A DNA stretch of 64,000 bases from Patescibacteria group bacterium (GCA_018830295.1 JAHJSM010000001.1:129980-193979), one strand, 5' to 3'. Positions 19,555 to 30,242 are shown, counted from the stretch's first letter. A program made the numbers and translations. The notes: generated by a model from the letters alone, not told the origin.

Positions 19555-21819
19555 CTATTTTTTATACTTCCCCGCCAAAACATCTTGGATAAACAAATCC
19601 GCTTGTTTAGCGTGATCCTCGCCAAATTTTTTTGTCTTCTCCGCTGCTTCAATTGCTTTATCGTTTTCTCCTAAATACGCGTAAGACAAAGCAATATTTA
19701 TTAAATAATTTGGATTATCGGGGTATATTTTCAATAATTCGTTGTAAAAAATGGCTGTCCATTTATAATCGCCCGAGTGGATGGCAGAATTAGCCATTCT
19801 TTCCAATGGTTCTTTTTGGCGATAAGCCAAACTATACTCATCCATTTTATCCAAATATGGCTGAACCTGCCCGCTTTCGCCCGTCACAAACAAAACCATA
19901 ATCATATTAATGTATGATTCAACTACTTGGTCATTGAGATTAATCGCTTTTTGCATGTTGGCTCTTGATCGCGCGAAATATTCTTTCGCTTTTTCTTCTT
20001 CGCCCAAAGAATGATAGTATTTCCCCAAATAAATTTGGCTATATCCCATTTCGTAATATATTTGCGGCCTGGTCGGGCTTAATTCCGCCGATTTTCCAAG
20101 TAAAGTTAACGCCTTATCCAACCGTCCAACATTAAACTGATATGTCTTATTAAGAAACCTAGCGAACATCAAATAATTGCGCGCGCTTATCTTCTCTTCC
20201 ACTTGTTTGTCAAATTCTTGCTCCGTTCTAAAGGCAGCTTGCTTGATCCAATCATCGTCCAAACCGCTTGAATTTCCAACCATCCCCGCGACAAACTCGC
20301 CTAATTGCTGCTGATATTCCTGATTGTTAGGCGTTCCCATTTCAATCACTTCAATAAATTTATTATACGCCTCCTGCGGTTTCTGCGCTCTCGCGTAGAT
20401 CATCGCGTCAATCAGTCCCTTGTTAGCGGAAGCAGGTTTAATGTTGGCGCTAAACAAAACAGGCAAAAAAGCGATTACCCCAATAGTTAATAAAACCAAA
20501 TACGGTTTTTTTGATTGGGAAAAACTCTTGGCGTAATCAGGGCAAAATTGTGACAAAAAAGCAATCGTGATAAATAATGGAATATATGTCACCAGCGCTT
20601 CAAAAATAAAAAAGTTTTGAATAAAATACGCGATCATAATCAAACTGAAAATAAGAGGAACTATAAACCTATCCGAAATTTTGCTTTGATAAAAATATCT
20701 CCAAACATAAATCAGAGGGATAAACAACAAACTTAAGTATAAAATCAAACCAATTAACCCGCCTGTAACCAGTCTGTCAGCGATGATATTATGACCGCGG
20801 TCAAACCAAACCACCGAACCCGCCTTGCGATAAATCTTAGGATTAAAATACTTATCAAAAACCTGATAAAAATTTTCGTATCCATAACCCAAAAATGGCT
20901 TTTCTTTAAACCCCCAATAGGCCGCTTGCCATGTCATTAAACGGTTTTCAGCCGTGGTATCAGTAAAAGAAATACTGGTCGCCCTCCTTAAAACATCGCT
21001 ATTAACCACCCAATCGGCTTTTTTAAATAAAAAAGCGCAACTAGTAAAAATTATCCCCAAAAGCAATATTAAAATAGCGCTGTTTCTAATAAGAATGTTT
21101 TTTCTAAAACGGACGAAAGCCAAATAAACAGTAAAGGCAAAAAGAGAAAGCCCTAAAGCCATAATGCCCCCGCGAGTCAAAGTATTCAAAACAATAAATA
21201 TCTGTAAAAGAATTCCTAAAACATAATACGAACGGAGACAAATGTTTTTTCTTAAAAAAAACAAAATCAAGCCAAAAAATATATTAAAATTTAAATACCC
21301 CGCCACATATCCAGCATTGCCAAGCGTTGAAGCCAGCCGCGCGCCGCCCGCCGATCCCATTATCCAACTAACATCTAAATATTGACCCAAAGCAAACAAA
21401 CTAACCAAAATGCCGCTTAAAAATGACGCCTCAAAAATTATCAGCCAATCTTTTGTTTTTCGGAAAAAACCGCTTAAAACTAAAAGAAATAGAAAAAGGT
21501 GCAAAAGCAAAACTAATCCCTCGCTTCTTTCATTATTGCTCCAAAAACTCAAATAAAAATTACTTCCTAAAAAAGAAGAAGCAAAAACAGTCGCGATATA
21601 CAGAGAAAATAGAATTAAAGCCAAATTTAGTTTGGGCCGATATTCTTTCTTCAAAACAGCCAATCCTAAAAAGGCCAAAAAAATCATTTCAACAATAACC
21701 TTAAAAGCCAATGTTTTTGGAACAATATATGGAAAAAAATAATTGCTTTTAACAATTAAAGGAATAAAGCAAATTCCAACCAACCCCGCCCAGATAATAT
21801 ATTTTAAAAATTTTTCCAT
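19555..21819 (-). CDS. O-antigen ligase / O-oligosaccharyltransferase family membrane protein with C-terminal TPRs
   Basis: About 12 TM helices, STLGN, TLTRGG, GYGYENF, FDRGHN, then TPR-like helices. Confidence 0.85.
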   Translation of the reverse strand: MEKFLKYIIWAGLVGICFIPLIVKSNYFFPYIVPKTLAFKVIVEMIFLAFLGLAVLKKEYRPKLNLALILFSLYIATVFASSFLGSNFYLSFWSNNERSEGLVLLLHLFLFLLVLSGFFRKTKDWLIIFEASFLSGILVSLFALGQYLDVSWIMGSAGGARLASTLGNAGYVAGYLNFNIFFGLILFFLRKNICLRSYYVLGILLQIFIVLNTLTRGGIMALGLSLFAFTVYLAFVRFRKNILIRNSAILILLLGIIFTSCAFLFKKADWVVNSDVLRRATSISFTDTTAENRLMTWQAAYWGFKEKPFLGYGYENFYQVFDKYFNPKIYRKAGSVVWFDRGHNIIADRLVTGGLIGLILYLSLLFIPLIYVWRYFYQSKISDRFIVPLIFSLIMIAYFIQNFFIFEALVTYIPLFITIAFLSQFCPDYAKSFSQSKKPYLVLLTIGVIAFLPVLFSANIKPASANKGLIDAMIYARAQKPQEAYNKFIEVIEMGTPNNQEYQQQLGEFVAGMVGNSSGLDDDWIKQAAFRTEQEFDKQVEEKISARNYLMFARFLNKTYQFNVGRLDKALTLLGKSAELSPTRPQIYYEMGYSQIYLGKYYHSLGEEEKAKEYFARSRANMQKAINLNDQVVESYINMIMVLFVTGESGQVQPYLDKMDEYSLAYRQKEPLERMANSAIHSGDYKWTAIFYNELLKIYPDNPNYLINIALSYAYLGENDKAIEAAEKTKKFGEDHAKQADLFIQDVLAGKYKK

Positions 21820-21872
21820 AAGTAAAAAAATTATTTTCTTATTTATATATTACCAGAAAAAAATATTTTTAC

Positions 21873-21925
21873 AATAAAAAATTAAAAAGCAAGCCCAAAA
21901 CAGACCTGCCTTTTAACTTTTTATT
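21873..21925 (-). terminator. Probable terminator hairpin
   Basis: Minus strand AATAAAAAGTTAAAAGGCAGGTCT...GGGCTTGCTTTTTAATTTTTTATT, long stem with G-U pairs, right after the 21933 stop. Confidence 0.55.
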
Positions 21926-21932
21926 AGCTTTA

Positions 21933-23468
21933 TTATTGCTTAGCCGCGTAGCCGCCAGTATCTCCGCCATAGCACCATCCTGTGACGCTATTGACAGTAA
22001 TCTTATACCATCCATTCTGTTCATCAAGCAAATCATAGACCTCTCCTTCAGAAACATTAGTCAAAATTTCTCCCTCTGTGGAAGGCAAATTTCTTACTCT
22101 TAAAGTGGATACTTTAATAATAATGGTTTCTGAACTTGATACTTCTCCTTCCGTAATATCCGCGCCGGTCGCGTAAGCGTTTCTGTCGGTTTCGTTAATC
22201 TCGTAAATAGAATCTGAATCGTGCCCTCGGTTGGCAAACCGCGCCGCGGTCATATTCATCCATCGCTTTGTTCCAGTATCTCCGCTGGCGATTAGTTGAT
22301 AGACCTTAGAATCGCCAACTGCTCTAACTAAATCGGAAACAGTATACTCATTCATAACTGATTGAGCGACATCTTTAACATCATCCCATGGACTTCCATT
22401 TCCATTCTTATCAAAGTGCTCGTAACTCTCAAAAACATGAGGGCTTAAGATTAAGCGCTTGAACATTTTGCCATTTGCCAATTTAACAATATAGATGTCA
22501 AATTGAGCCATACCAGAGGCGTTTGGATTGCGGATAAGATCGCCATCAATGATAGTTGTTGGCGCCTCTTCAACTAATTCTTCTTCATCTTCTGTCCCTT
22601 CTGTTAATCCCATAACGGCAAAATAGGTAAAGTGATCCGTTTCAGCCGTTAAAGTATTAGTTTCCGCGTTAACTGTTGTTACAAGAGCAACCCATTGCGA
22701 AGTTGATTCTTTCCAATAAAATACTCTTAAGTTTGATTCATTTAATCCGCTGATTTGTTCATCAGTGTAAGTGAAAGTCAAAGTTAATGTTTGGTTAAAA
22801 TTAGTTATTGCTTGCGTGCCGGAAGTTGCTGTAAAATCATATATATACCCGCCAACAACACTTCTGCTGGATGGGGTTGGTCTTGAAGCAGTAACTGTTC
22901 CTTCAGATTCAGCTGTTATAAGGATGTTTGTGGAAACGCTCACTGCCCCGATTGGCAAACTAACAGCCGCTGTGGCATTTTGGTCAGTCGTTAAAGTGGT
23001 CTTTCCGCCGCCGCCAGCCGTCGCCGTCACCGCGCCTGTGGTTGTCGTTGGAGTGGTCGGAGTTGCTGGTACAGCAACGCCGCCTCCACCGCCACTTCCG
23101 CCAGAAGGCGGATCAGTGCTCGCGCAAACCTCACTTGAAGGAGTAACTGTCAAACTTGCTACCGGAGCTCCTGTAGCGCTTATTTCAGAATATGTATTAT
23201 TGCACGAAACAGCTAAAATATCGCCAGTAGTATTTAAGATTTTTCTATCATAAGACCTGATTGTTAGTGTTGAATTTGTTGATAAACTAAAAACAATATT
23301 ATTAGCGCCAACGACCATATCGTCAACTATTGATTCGTCTTGAATTACAAGTGTAACGCCACCAACTTCAATATTAGTATTAGCGTCAAAAATCATTTGA
23401 TCTGCCACAGCTCCAACCGTCATTGGCGCAATCAGTAAAGCTAAAATTGTTATTACAATTTTTTTCAT
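21933..23468 (-). CDS. Secreted surface protein with Thr-rich linker, conserved envelope domain and C-terminal SH3b domain
   Basis: Signal peptide; TDHFTYFAV Ig-like module; LRVRNLPS...GWYKI...GW SH3b. Confidence 0.75.
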   Translation of the reverse strand: MKKIVITILALLIAPMTVGAVADQMIFDANTNIEVGGVTLVIQDESIVDDMVVGANNIVFSLSTNSTLTIRSYDRKILNTTGDILAVSCNNTYSEISATGAPVASLTVTPSSEVCASTDPPSGGSGGGGGVAVPATPTTPTTTTGAVTATAGGGGKTTLTTDQNATAAVSLPIGAVSVSTNILITAESEGTVTASRPTPSSRSVVGGYIYDFTATSGTQAITNFNQTLTLTFTYTDEQISGLNESNLRVFYWKESTSQWVALVTTVNAETNTLTAETDHFTYFAVMGLTEGTEDEEELVEEAPTTIIDGDLIRNPNASGMAQFDIYIVKLANGKMFKRLILSPHVFESYEHFDKNGNGSPWDDVKDVAQSVMNEYTVSDLVRAVGDSKVYQLIASGDTGTKRWMNMTAARFANRGHDSDSIYEINETDRNAYATGADITEGEVSSSETIIIKVSTLRVRNLPSTEGEILTNVSEGEVYDLLDEQNGWYKITVNSVTGWCYGGDTGGYAAKQ

Positions 23469-23493
23469 ATTTGTTTCTAATGATAAATAATAT

Positions 23494-24393
23494 TTATCTT
23501 ATTGCTTGCCAAAAGAATGTTCGAACACCCGTAGATGTTCCTTCAATACTGCCAGTATTATATATCCTTAAGGAAATCTCATTAGAGATCGTGGAGGAAG
23601 CGGCTTGGATAATAAAGTTTTCTGGCAAAGAACTGGTTGCGGTAACAAATATATTATCACCGGATGCTACCCCAGTCGCGGAAGCGCACTCAGCATAAGC
23701 AGTGCTTGAAGCATTAACTGTAGTAGCGGCAATATTACAAGTGCCAAACATAAATTTAGTAATCGTATTGCCGCCACCAATGTCAAAAGTTCCATCAACA
23801 TCAGCATTTCCGCCAACATGAAGCGTTCCTTGAGTATTTAGCGCCTCCGTAGTAGTGGCTAAACCACCAATCTCTACATCATCCGCGACATATAAATCAC
23901 CGCCGCTGAAATCAAAAGTACCTTCAACGCCATCCGGACCGATATACAGATAATCTGTAGTAGTGGCTGAAGTAGACGTAGCGTGGTCAAAAGTCGCTAA
24001 ACCGGTCACATTTAATGTGCTGTAAAACGAAGCCGCGCCAGTGAAAAGCGAAGTGCTGGTAGCTTGCAAGGCCCCATCTAAATAAGTAACTCCGCCAACA
24101 TTTACATCATTTGCAACAAATAAATCTCCTGCCGTAAAATTCATATTAGAATCTTCAGTAAAATCTGGACCGATATATAGATAATCTGTAGTAGTGGCTG
24201 AAGTAGAAGTAGCGTGGTCAAAAGTCGCTAATCCAGTGAAAGTTGACGCGCCAGTAACAGTTAATGTCCCGGCTGTTTCAATATTAGCGCCAATTGTAGT
24301 AGCGGCATAAACGCTTATAGTAACCAAAAAAACAGAAATAAAAACACTCAATAAACTAGATAAGAAACGATGACTTTTAATAAATTTTTCCAT
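23494..24393 (-). CDS. Secreted Thr/Ser-rich beta-strand surface protein with internal duplication
   Basis: Signal peptide ...VYA-ATTIG; TGLATFDHATSTSATTTDYLYIGPD twice. Confidence 0.7.
   Translation of the reverse strand: MEKFIKSHRFLSSLLSVFISVFLVTISVYAATTIGANIETAGTLTVTGASTFTGLATFDHATSTSATTTDYLYIGPDFTEDSNMNFTAGDLFVANDVNVGGVTYLDGALQATSTSLFTGAASFYSTLNVTGLATFDHATSTSATTTDYLYIGPDGVEGTFDFSGGDLYVADDVEIGGLATTTEALNTQGTLHVGGNADVDGTFDIGGGNTITKFMFGTCNIAATTVNASSTAYAECASATGVASGDNIFVTATSSLPENFIIQAASSTISNEISLRIYNTGSIEGTSTGVRTFFWQAIR
23932..24237. repeat. 75 bp intragenic direct repeat (23932-24006 and 24163-24237)
   Basis: Near-identical DNA 231 bp apart, both encoding the same 25 aa. Confidence 0.9.
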
Positions 24394-24693
24394 ATTTCAA
24401 TTAATTATTATTTTCTTATTGTTATTTACTATGGGTTAATAAACAACAATAAATAACATTAAATTAATAAACTATTTTTCGACCTTTTTTATATATAATA
24501 ATCAAGAACGCAAACCAACCTCCTTGTGTCTCTGTTTATTCTGATACCCATGTGAATTATAGCACAAGAACAAAAATTAAAAAAACTGCCAATTGTGGAT
24601 AAGTTGATTAAATAAACTAAACCCCCCTCGCAAGAAATCAAGGGTTTTTAGCGTCTACTAATCCAATTTAATGTTAGTAATAGCGCGATTAAT

Positions 24694-25380
24694 TTAATGT
24701 CCTTCTAATTCAATTAATTCTTGTTTTAAAACCGCGTTATCAGGTTCAATCTCTAACGCTTGTTCTAAATAATCAATTGCTTTGGGTATATTATTTTCTT
24801 GCGTAAAATAACTGGCTAAATAAGTATAAAAATCAATATTCCCGGGATATTCTTTGATTCCGCTCAATATCAATGACTCTATCTCATTTTTTTTCTCTGG
24901 AAAATCGCTTCTATACAAATCGGCTAATGAGCGATAATATTGGGAACGCCAAGGATGCAATTCAATCGCCTTTTTGTAATAATCAACGGCCTTTGATTTC
25001 TCCTCCCAAAAAGAACCGTATAATTCGCCCAAGTTAGCGTGAGCCGGAGCAAAACTTGGTTCTATCTCTATAATTTGAAGAAAAACGACTTCTGCTTTTT
25101 CATATTCTTCCAACATCATATAGATATTGCCCACTTTTAAGAGAGTATTATAATCATTTGGATTGTTTTCTAATGAAGAATTGAGCCGACTTAATTCGGC
25201 AAATAATCTATCTATCTGTTCCTGGTCGTATCCAATCGCCAAATACTTTTCAAAATCCCAAGTTTCTTCAACCGTTGGTTGGCTCTTGCTTGAAAAGAAA
25301 TAATCTTTAAACAAAAAAACTGTCGCCCCTGCCGAGCATAAAAAAAATACAATTAATAAAATAATAAATTTTTTGTTCAT
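24694..25380 (-). CDS. Membrane-anchored TPR protein
   Basis: N-terminal TM; AHANLGELY, YYKKAIEL, YLEQALEIEPDN. Confidence 0.85.
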   Translation of the reverse strand: MNKKFIILLIVFFLCSAGATVFLFKDYFFSSKSQPTVEETWDFEKYLAIGYDQEQIDRLFAELSRLNSSLENNPNDYNTLLKVGNIYMMLEEYEKAEVVFLQIIEIEPSFAPAHANLGELYGSFWEEKSKAVDYYKKAIELHPWRSQYYRSLADLYRSDFPEKKNEIESLILSGIKEYPGNIDFYTYLASYFTQENNIPKAIDYLEQALEIEPDNAVLKQELIELEGH

Positions 25381-25407
25381 TAGAACTAATTTTAAATGAA
25401 TTTAATC

Positions 25408-25439
25408 AAAAAGTAAAGAGCCCCGAAGGGCTCTTTACT
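25408..25439 (-). terminator. Strong intrinsic terminator of the S-layer-like gene
   Basis: Perfect 12 bp stem AGTAAAGAGCCC/GGGCTCTTTACT, UUCG loop on minus strand, followed by T-run. Confidence 0.9.
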
Positions 25440-25465
25440 CTCATGCTAACAAGAAATTAGCATTT

Positions 25466-28400
25466 TTACTCGTACAATGTCTGTGGCGAAGAGGTCGTCT
25501 GTAATCCTTCGATTAAGTAACCATTCCACCATTGAGCAACTGTAGTCGTAGCGTTTGAGTTGGCGCCATAGTGAGTGCTATTGTTAGACCAGAGATCTGA
25601 CCAAACAAAGTTGCCTTGATTGTCCTCGCTATAAGAATTTGAGTTATTCAAGACAACAGCAGCTTCGGCGGTAGTAGTAGCCGTATCTCCGCATAGATAA
25701 GTGGAAATACTTTCGCCTGTAGTGGCGTCTAATCCGGTAATTGTGCCAACCATCAATTGGAACCTAGCCGTATCGCCAGCCGGGACAACATAAGGCATAA
25801 ATGTCTGTGTAGCCGTATTCTTCCCGTGCAAGTCGTAATGGAAAGATTCAGCCCAAGTGCTGTTATCGTTAACCATTGTTCCATCGTTGCCAGCCGAAAC
25901 CGTGCTATAAGAGGTCTCTCCGCTCAACTTGGCCTGAAGATAAGCTCCATTAACATTGATGTCGCCTCCGCCGCTTGTGGCCGTCCAGAAGTTCAATTGA
26001 GATACAGCGATTGCTTCGGTCGTGTCATTCGCTATGTTGAAGTCAAACATAACTGCGCTGCTCTGTAACGCGGTCGCGCTCAAAGTGTTTAAGCTAACCT
26101 TTGGCTGCGCTAAATGAAGAGTCATCGCGCTACTCGTGCTTTGAGTATAGGTTTCTGACGCTTCGCTGCCCGAAGCCGCGCCATAGCCCTTAATGCCATC
26201 AGTTCCGCCTAATCCAACTTTGATGTCGGCTCCTGACGCGCCGGTCTGACCAGTGCCAATACCAGCTAATTTTGCCTTAACATAAATAACCAATCCTGCA
26301 GTGCTGTCCTTAGGAACTTGCAAAATACCTTTGCTGAATGACCATGTTCTGGTGGTCTGTCCAGTTGAAATGTTTCCAGAAGCAAACGCCGTGCTTTCTC
26401 CAGCTTTATAGAGATAGAACATTGTTACATCATCTGAATCGCCAGCAACTGTTCCGTTGGCTGTTCCGCCATCTTGCAAATTAAGCACTAATTGAGTTAC
26501 ATCAATATTTTCATTGCTAGCGGTTAACTTGATTCTGGCAACTTCAACGGTCTCGCCGGCCGTGACTATCTTTGACGAAGGAGTGCCTGAATCCAAATTA
26601 ATAGTCAAAGTGCCAGACGCGGCAGAAGTCATAGTCGGACCATCATCTTCTGTTAATGTTTCAGTAACTGTATTCCCGGTTGTTACGCCATAAGCAATAA
26701 TAGAAGCTCCGCCATTATCTGTTAATCCCCAATTTTCCGTAGCGTTAGAAGCAACTGATGTTTTATTACCCATCAGAGCGATATTAACGCTTGTTCCAGC
26801 GGCAATAATAATCGCGTCGCTGAAAGCGAATGTTGAGGTAGCCAACGCGCTTGCGATAGCGCTATTGATCGGCGAATATGCCACATCCGAACCGTCATCC
26901 CAAACAGCGTCTCCGTCAACATCCTTAAATATAGTTAAGGAACCCGTATTTGTAGCCGCCTGCCCTCTGCCAGCCATAAGAATTGAAGTTACTCTAATGT
27001 CTTCTCCTGAAGAAGTAGCATCAAATGTCCACGAGGACAAAACAACATTATTCTGACCAGCAATGATTGTGGCAGCCGCAGGCAAAGCGTTTCTAGTTAC
27101 TGTCAAAGAAGCCGCTTTAACTGTCTGAGTGTTTCCATTAACAGCTGAAGACGGGGTGCCTGTAATACTATTTCCCGTTACATCGCCAGTAGCTGTAAAG
27201 CCGGAAGGGGTAATACTCACATAAATAGTATCATCGCTTGCCCAACCGCCGCTTGTGGACAAATCACCTCTAACCTTATAGACAGTATCGCCAACCGGCA
27301 CGGTAAATGTGTCTGTCCATGCAACTGTTACGGCATTATTGGTAATATCGGTCGGACCCGCGACAGCATTGCCGCTTGGGTCAACTAATTCCAAACCGGA
27401 CAAAGCGTCCTTAATGTGAGTAAGCGCGCCCGAAGAGGTAATAGTCAATGTGACAGCGCTAATAGTAACTGGTTCGCCGGTTACGGTAAACTTATACGCG
27501 CCGAGATATTGGTTGTTGCCAACCGCGATATTCCCAGATGATACATCGTTGCTTTTTGTAACTTGCAATGTTCCATTGCCAATTACAAATTCATTATCAC
27601 TTAAGCGAGGATTTGTAGCGCTAGAGCCAGTGCCACTATATGTCGGAGTAATGTTGTATCCATAAGTTAAGCCCTTAACCAATAAATCAGTATTTCTGTA
27701 AATAGCTAATTTAACAGTTCTAGCAGAACCATCCGCAACAGTCGCTTTAACCTGGAACTGATTCGTCTGTCCTTTGTCAAGAGTAATTGTGCCAAAACTA
27801 AAGTTGACATATTTACTGCTCGCCACAACGCCATCAGCAATCTTTGTTCCGTCCTGCAATAACTCAAAATCAACAAGATCGCTTCCTAAACTCGCGCTTC
27901 CTTCTTGGTAAACTTTTACCTGGCTGAATTCAACTTTTTCATCCGAGCCCGCCGCAACCTGGAATGAGAAGAAAGTATAATCTTCTTTTCCTACTGGAGT
28001 GGGAGAAGCCGTTGTCGAAGAAGCGTTTCTGTAAGCGCCTTGCGAAATCGTCGCTGTGCCAATCGTAATTGTGCTGTTGATGGTCATCGTATTGCCGGTA
28101 AGAGGCAATGAAGCGTTCAATGTCGCGCTATCTTTCAATGTCAAACCAGATAAAGCCAAAGCGGGAACCTCGCCAGCGTAACTAGCCAAAGTCGCTTTCG
28201 CGGCCATGTTTCCAGCCAGAATAACTGACTTGGTTGTGCCATTGGCAATCGTGAAGTCATCGGTAAAGGTCGCTTCGTGCAAAGAGTTAAAGGTTTTGCT
28301 CGTATTATTGAGAGGTAAGTTTGTGCTTGCGTCAATAATATCTATTGAGCTAAAGCTCAAATCATTAGCCAAACTAACTCTTTGAACAACCAACGAATCA

Positions 28401-29077
28401 ACGATGACATCGCCGCCAGTCGCGGTCAAATTAACCTTGGTAAAGGCCAATCTCGCCGCTCCGCCAACCGCAATACCTGCCGCTGGAGTGTCAGCCGCTA
28501 AGGTAACTCCTAAAGTCCCTACGCTCGCAACTGCTCCGGGCGGGAAAACCGTGCTCGCGTTCGCAACATCGGCTCCTGCCGTGTATCCTGCTGTGTCGGT
28601 GCCGTTAATCGTGTAAATCGCGTCAGCGTCAAAAACCGCCAAAAACTCCGCGGCAGTCATATTGAGCCAATACTTATTACCGTCATCAGCGCCATCCGCG
28701 GCGTACAATCTGTAAACTTTGTCATTTCCATCTTCTCTGACTAAATCGGTCGTGGTGAGGGAATCCATGGTTGCTTGATCAACATCCATAACATCATCCC
28801 AGTTGTCACCATTTCCGTTTTTATCAAAGTGCATATAACTCTCAAACACATGAGGAGATAGAATTAATCTCTTGAAACTTTTATCACCAACTATCTTGAC
28901 GATATAAATGTCAAGTTGAGCCATGCCTTCAGCATTAGGATTGCGAACTAAATCGCCGTCCACAACGCTTACAGCGCCAACGCTCGCGATCGGGGCTAAC
29001 ATAGCGATTCCCGAAAGAAAACATATGGTGGTAATAGAAGTAAAAATAGAAACTGATTTCTTTAATATTTTACTCAT
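25466..29077 (-). CDS. Large S-layer-like surface protein (1203 aa)
   Basis: Signal peptide, A/T/S/G-rich repeated beta modules, own strong promoter and terminator. Confidence 0.75.
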   Translation of the reverse strand: MSKILKKSVSIFTSITTICFLSGIAMLAPIASVGAVSVVDGDLVRNPNAEGMAQLDIYIVKIVGDKSFKRLILSPHVFESYMHFDKNGNGDNWDDVMDVDQATMDSLTTTDLVREDGNDKVYRLYAADGADDGNKYWLNMTAAEFLAVFDADAIYTINGTDTAGYTAGADVANASTVFPPGAVASVGTLGVTLAADTPAAGIAVGGAARLAFTKVNLTATGGDVIVDSLVVQRVSLANDLSFSSIDIIDASTNLPLNNTSKTFNSLHEATFTDDFTIANGTTKSVILAGNMAAKATLASYAGEVPALALSGLTLKDSATLNASLPLTGNTMTINSTITIGTATISQGAYRNASSTTASPTPVGKEDYTFFSFQVAAGSDEKVEFSQVKVYQEGSASLGSDLVDFELLQDGTKIADGVVASSKYVNFSFGTITLDKGQTNQFQVKATVADGSARTVKLAIYRNTDLLVKGLTYGYNITPTYSGTGSSATNPRLSDNEFVIGNGTLQVTKSNDVSSGNIAVGNNQYLGAYKFTVTGEPVTISAVTLTITSSGALTHIKDALSGLELVDPSGNAVAGPTDITNNAVTVAWTDTFTVPVGDTVYKVRGDLSTSGGWASDDTIYVSITPSGFTATGDVTGNSITGTPSSAVNGNTQTVKAASLTVTRNALPAAATIIAGQNNVVLSSWTFDATSSGEDIRVTSILMAGRGQAATNTGSLTIFKDVDGDAVWDDGSDVAYSPINSAIASALATSTFAFSDAIIIAAGTSVNIALMGNKTSVASNATENWGLTDNGGASIIAYGVTTGNTVTETLTEDDGPTMTSAASGTLTINLDSGTPSSKIVTAGETVEVARIKLTASNENIDVTQLVLNLQDGGTANGTVAGDSDDVTMFYLYKAGESTAFASGNISTGQTTRTWSFSKGILQVPKDSTAGLVIYVKAKLAGIGTGQTGASGADIKVGLGGTDGIKGYGAASGSEASETYTQSTSSAMTLHLAQPKVSLNTLSATALQSSAVMFDFNIANDTTEAIAVSQLNFWTATSGGGDINVNGAYLQAKLSGETSYSTVSAGNDGTMVNDNSTWAESFHYDLHGKNTATQTFMPYVVPAGDTARFQLMVGTITGLDATTGESISTYLCGDTATTTAEAAVVLNNSNSYSEDNQGNFVWSDLWSNNSTHYGANSNATTTVAQWWNGYLIEGLQTTSSPQTLYE

Positions 29078-29199
29078 TAATCTGTTTAATTTTAATCTCT
29101 AAGATTAGCTAATTCATATGGTATTAGATAACCTTATTCGATCTTTTTTCGTTTCTCAGCCATATCGACCTGAAAACAAATTATTTTACGGCTGACTAA

Positions 29200-29228
29200 T
29201 TTATAACTCATACAAGTCCGACTGTCAA
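29200..29228 (-). promoter_or_regulatory. Sigma70 promoter of the S-layer-like gene
   Basis: Minus strand TTGACA-N17-TATAAA about 120 bp upstream of ATG. Confidence 0.7.
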
Positions 29229-29272
29229 GGATTTCGACCCCTCAACAACCAAACCCCAAATTTTTAAATGTA

Positions 29273-29331
29273 GGGGGCTGCCCCCCGCAACGGGGGCAGC
29301 CCCCATCTTTACTGTTTGGGGGGCAGCCCCC
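29273..29331. repeat. REP family A, full copy plus solo arm
   Basis: GGGGGCTGCCCCCC-GCAAC-GGGGGCAGCCCCC (29273-29304); GGGGGCAGCCCCC (29319-29331). Confidence 0.9.
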
Positions 29332-29338
29332 ATCTTAA

Positions 29339-30088
29339 CTACTCACAAACATTAATCACCTCTTCCGTCGTTGTCGTTCCTCCCGTCTCCAATTCTCTCA
29401 AAAAGGTAAGTATCTCATAACCCGGCGTTGTCGTCCCCATTCCCTCTTCTCCATCAACCAACAAAACAGCCAAAATCTGCTGCCCAATATCCTTAATCGT
29501 CTCATCCGCTTCCACTAATTCATTCTTAATATCAGAAGACGCGTTTTCCTTAACTTTATCCAAATCCTCCTTAATCTGCTTCGTTCTGATTACAACCGCG
29601 ACCGCTTCTTCTTTTGAAATTTTATCAATATCTTGGCTGAAATTAGCCAAATTTCCTTTGAAATCAACAACTACCTTTCTCGCTTTTGCGTCCGATTCGC
29701 CTGAAACAAGGGAATTTTTCGTTATTTTCGTCAATTCTTCCAACCGACGGCAAGCGAAATCCGCCTGCAATTGGCTCTTTTCTCCACCTAATAAAGCCGC
29801 GCTTTGAACGCTTTCACCCGCTCTTTTAACGGAATAAAGCAATTCCCCAGGCAAACTCATTTGCGCCGCCTTTAAGGTCATCCAAGGTCCTCCAATAAAA
29901 ATCAAAGCCAGACAAGCCGCCAAAGCCATTGACTGCGTTTGTCTAATCCATTCAAAAAAGCCAACTGGCTCATCAAAGCCAATCTTCGCCATCAAATCCC
30001 GTCGCGCCAAATCAACCCATTCTCCCGATGGCTCAACTTTCCGCAATCCCTTGATTTTTTTAATTAAATCTCTATCTCTTGTCTCCAT
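29339..30088 (-). CDS. DUF5667 domain membrane protein, probable anti-sigma factor
   Basis: Single TM then SLPGELLYSVKRAGE...RRLEE; directly downstream of ECF sigma. Confidence 0.75.
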   Translation of the reverse strand: METRDRDLIKKIKGLRKVEPSGEWVDLARRDLMAKIGFDEPVGFFEWIRQTQSMALAACLALIFIGGPWMTLKAAQMSLPGELLYSVKRAGESVQSAALLGGEKSQLQADFACRRLEELTKITKNSLVSGESDAKARKVVVDFKGNLANFSQDIDKISKEEAVAVVIRTKQIKEDLDKVKENASSDIKNELVEADETIKDIGQQILAVLLVDGEEGMGTTTPGYEILTFLRELETGGTTTTEEVINVCE

Positions 30089-30141
30089 ACTAAGTATGAC
30101 GAACCCCCGCTCATTTTGTTACACAGTAAGGGGGGAAAGAT

Positions 30142-30242
30142 GGGGGCTGCCCCCGTTGCGGGGGCAGCCCCCATCGGGGAAATCGGGGGCAGCCCCCATC
30201 TTCTAGGCATCGGGGGCTGCTCCCGCAACGGGGGCAGCCCCC
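30142..30242. repeat. REP family A cluster (full 30142-30172, solo 30185-30197, full 30212-30242 inside sigma CDS)
   Basis: GGGGGCWGCCCCC arms with GTTGC/GCAAC spacer. Confidence 0.9.
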
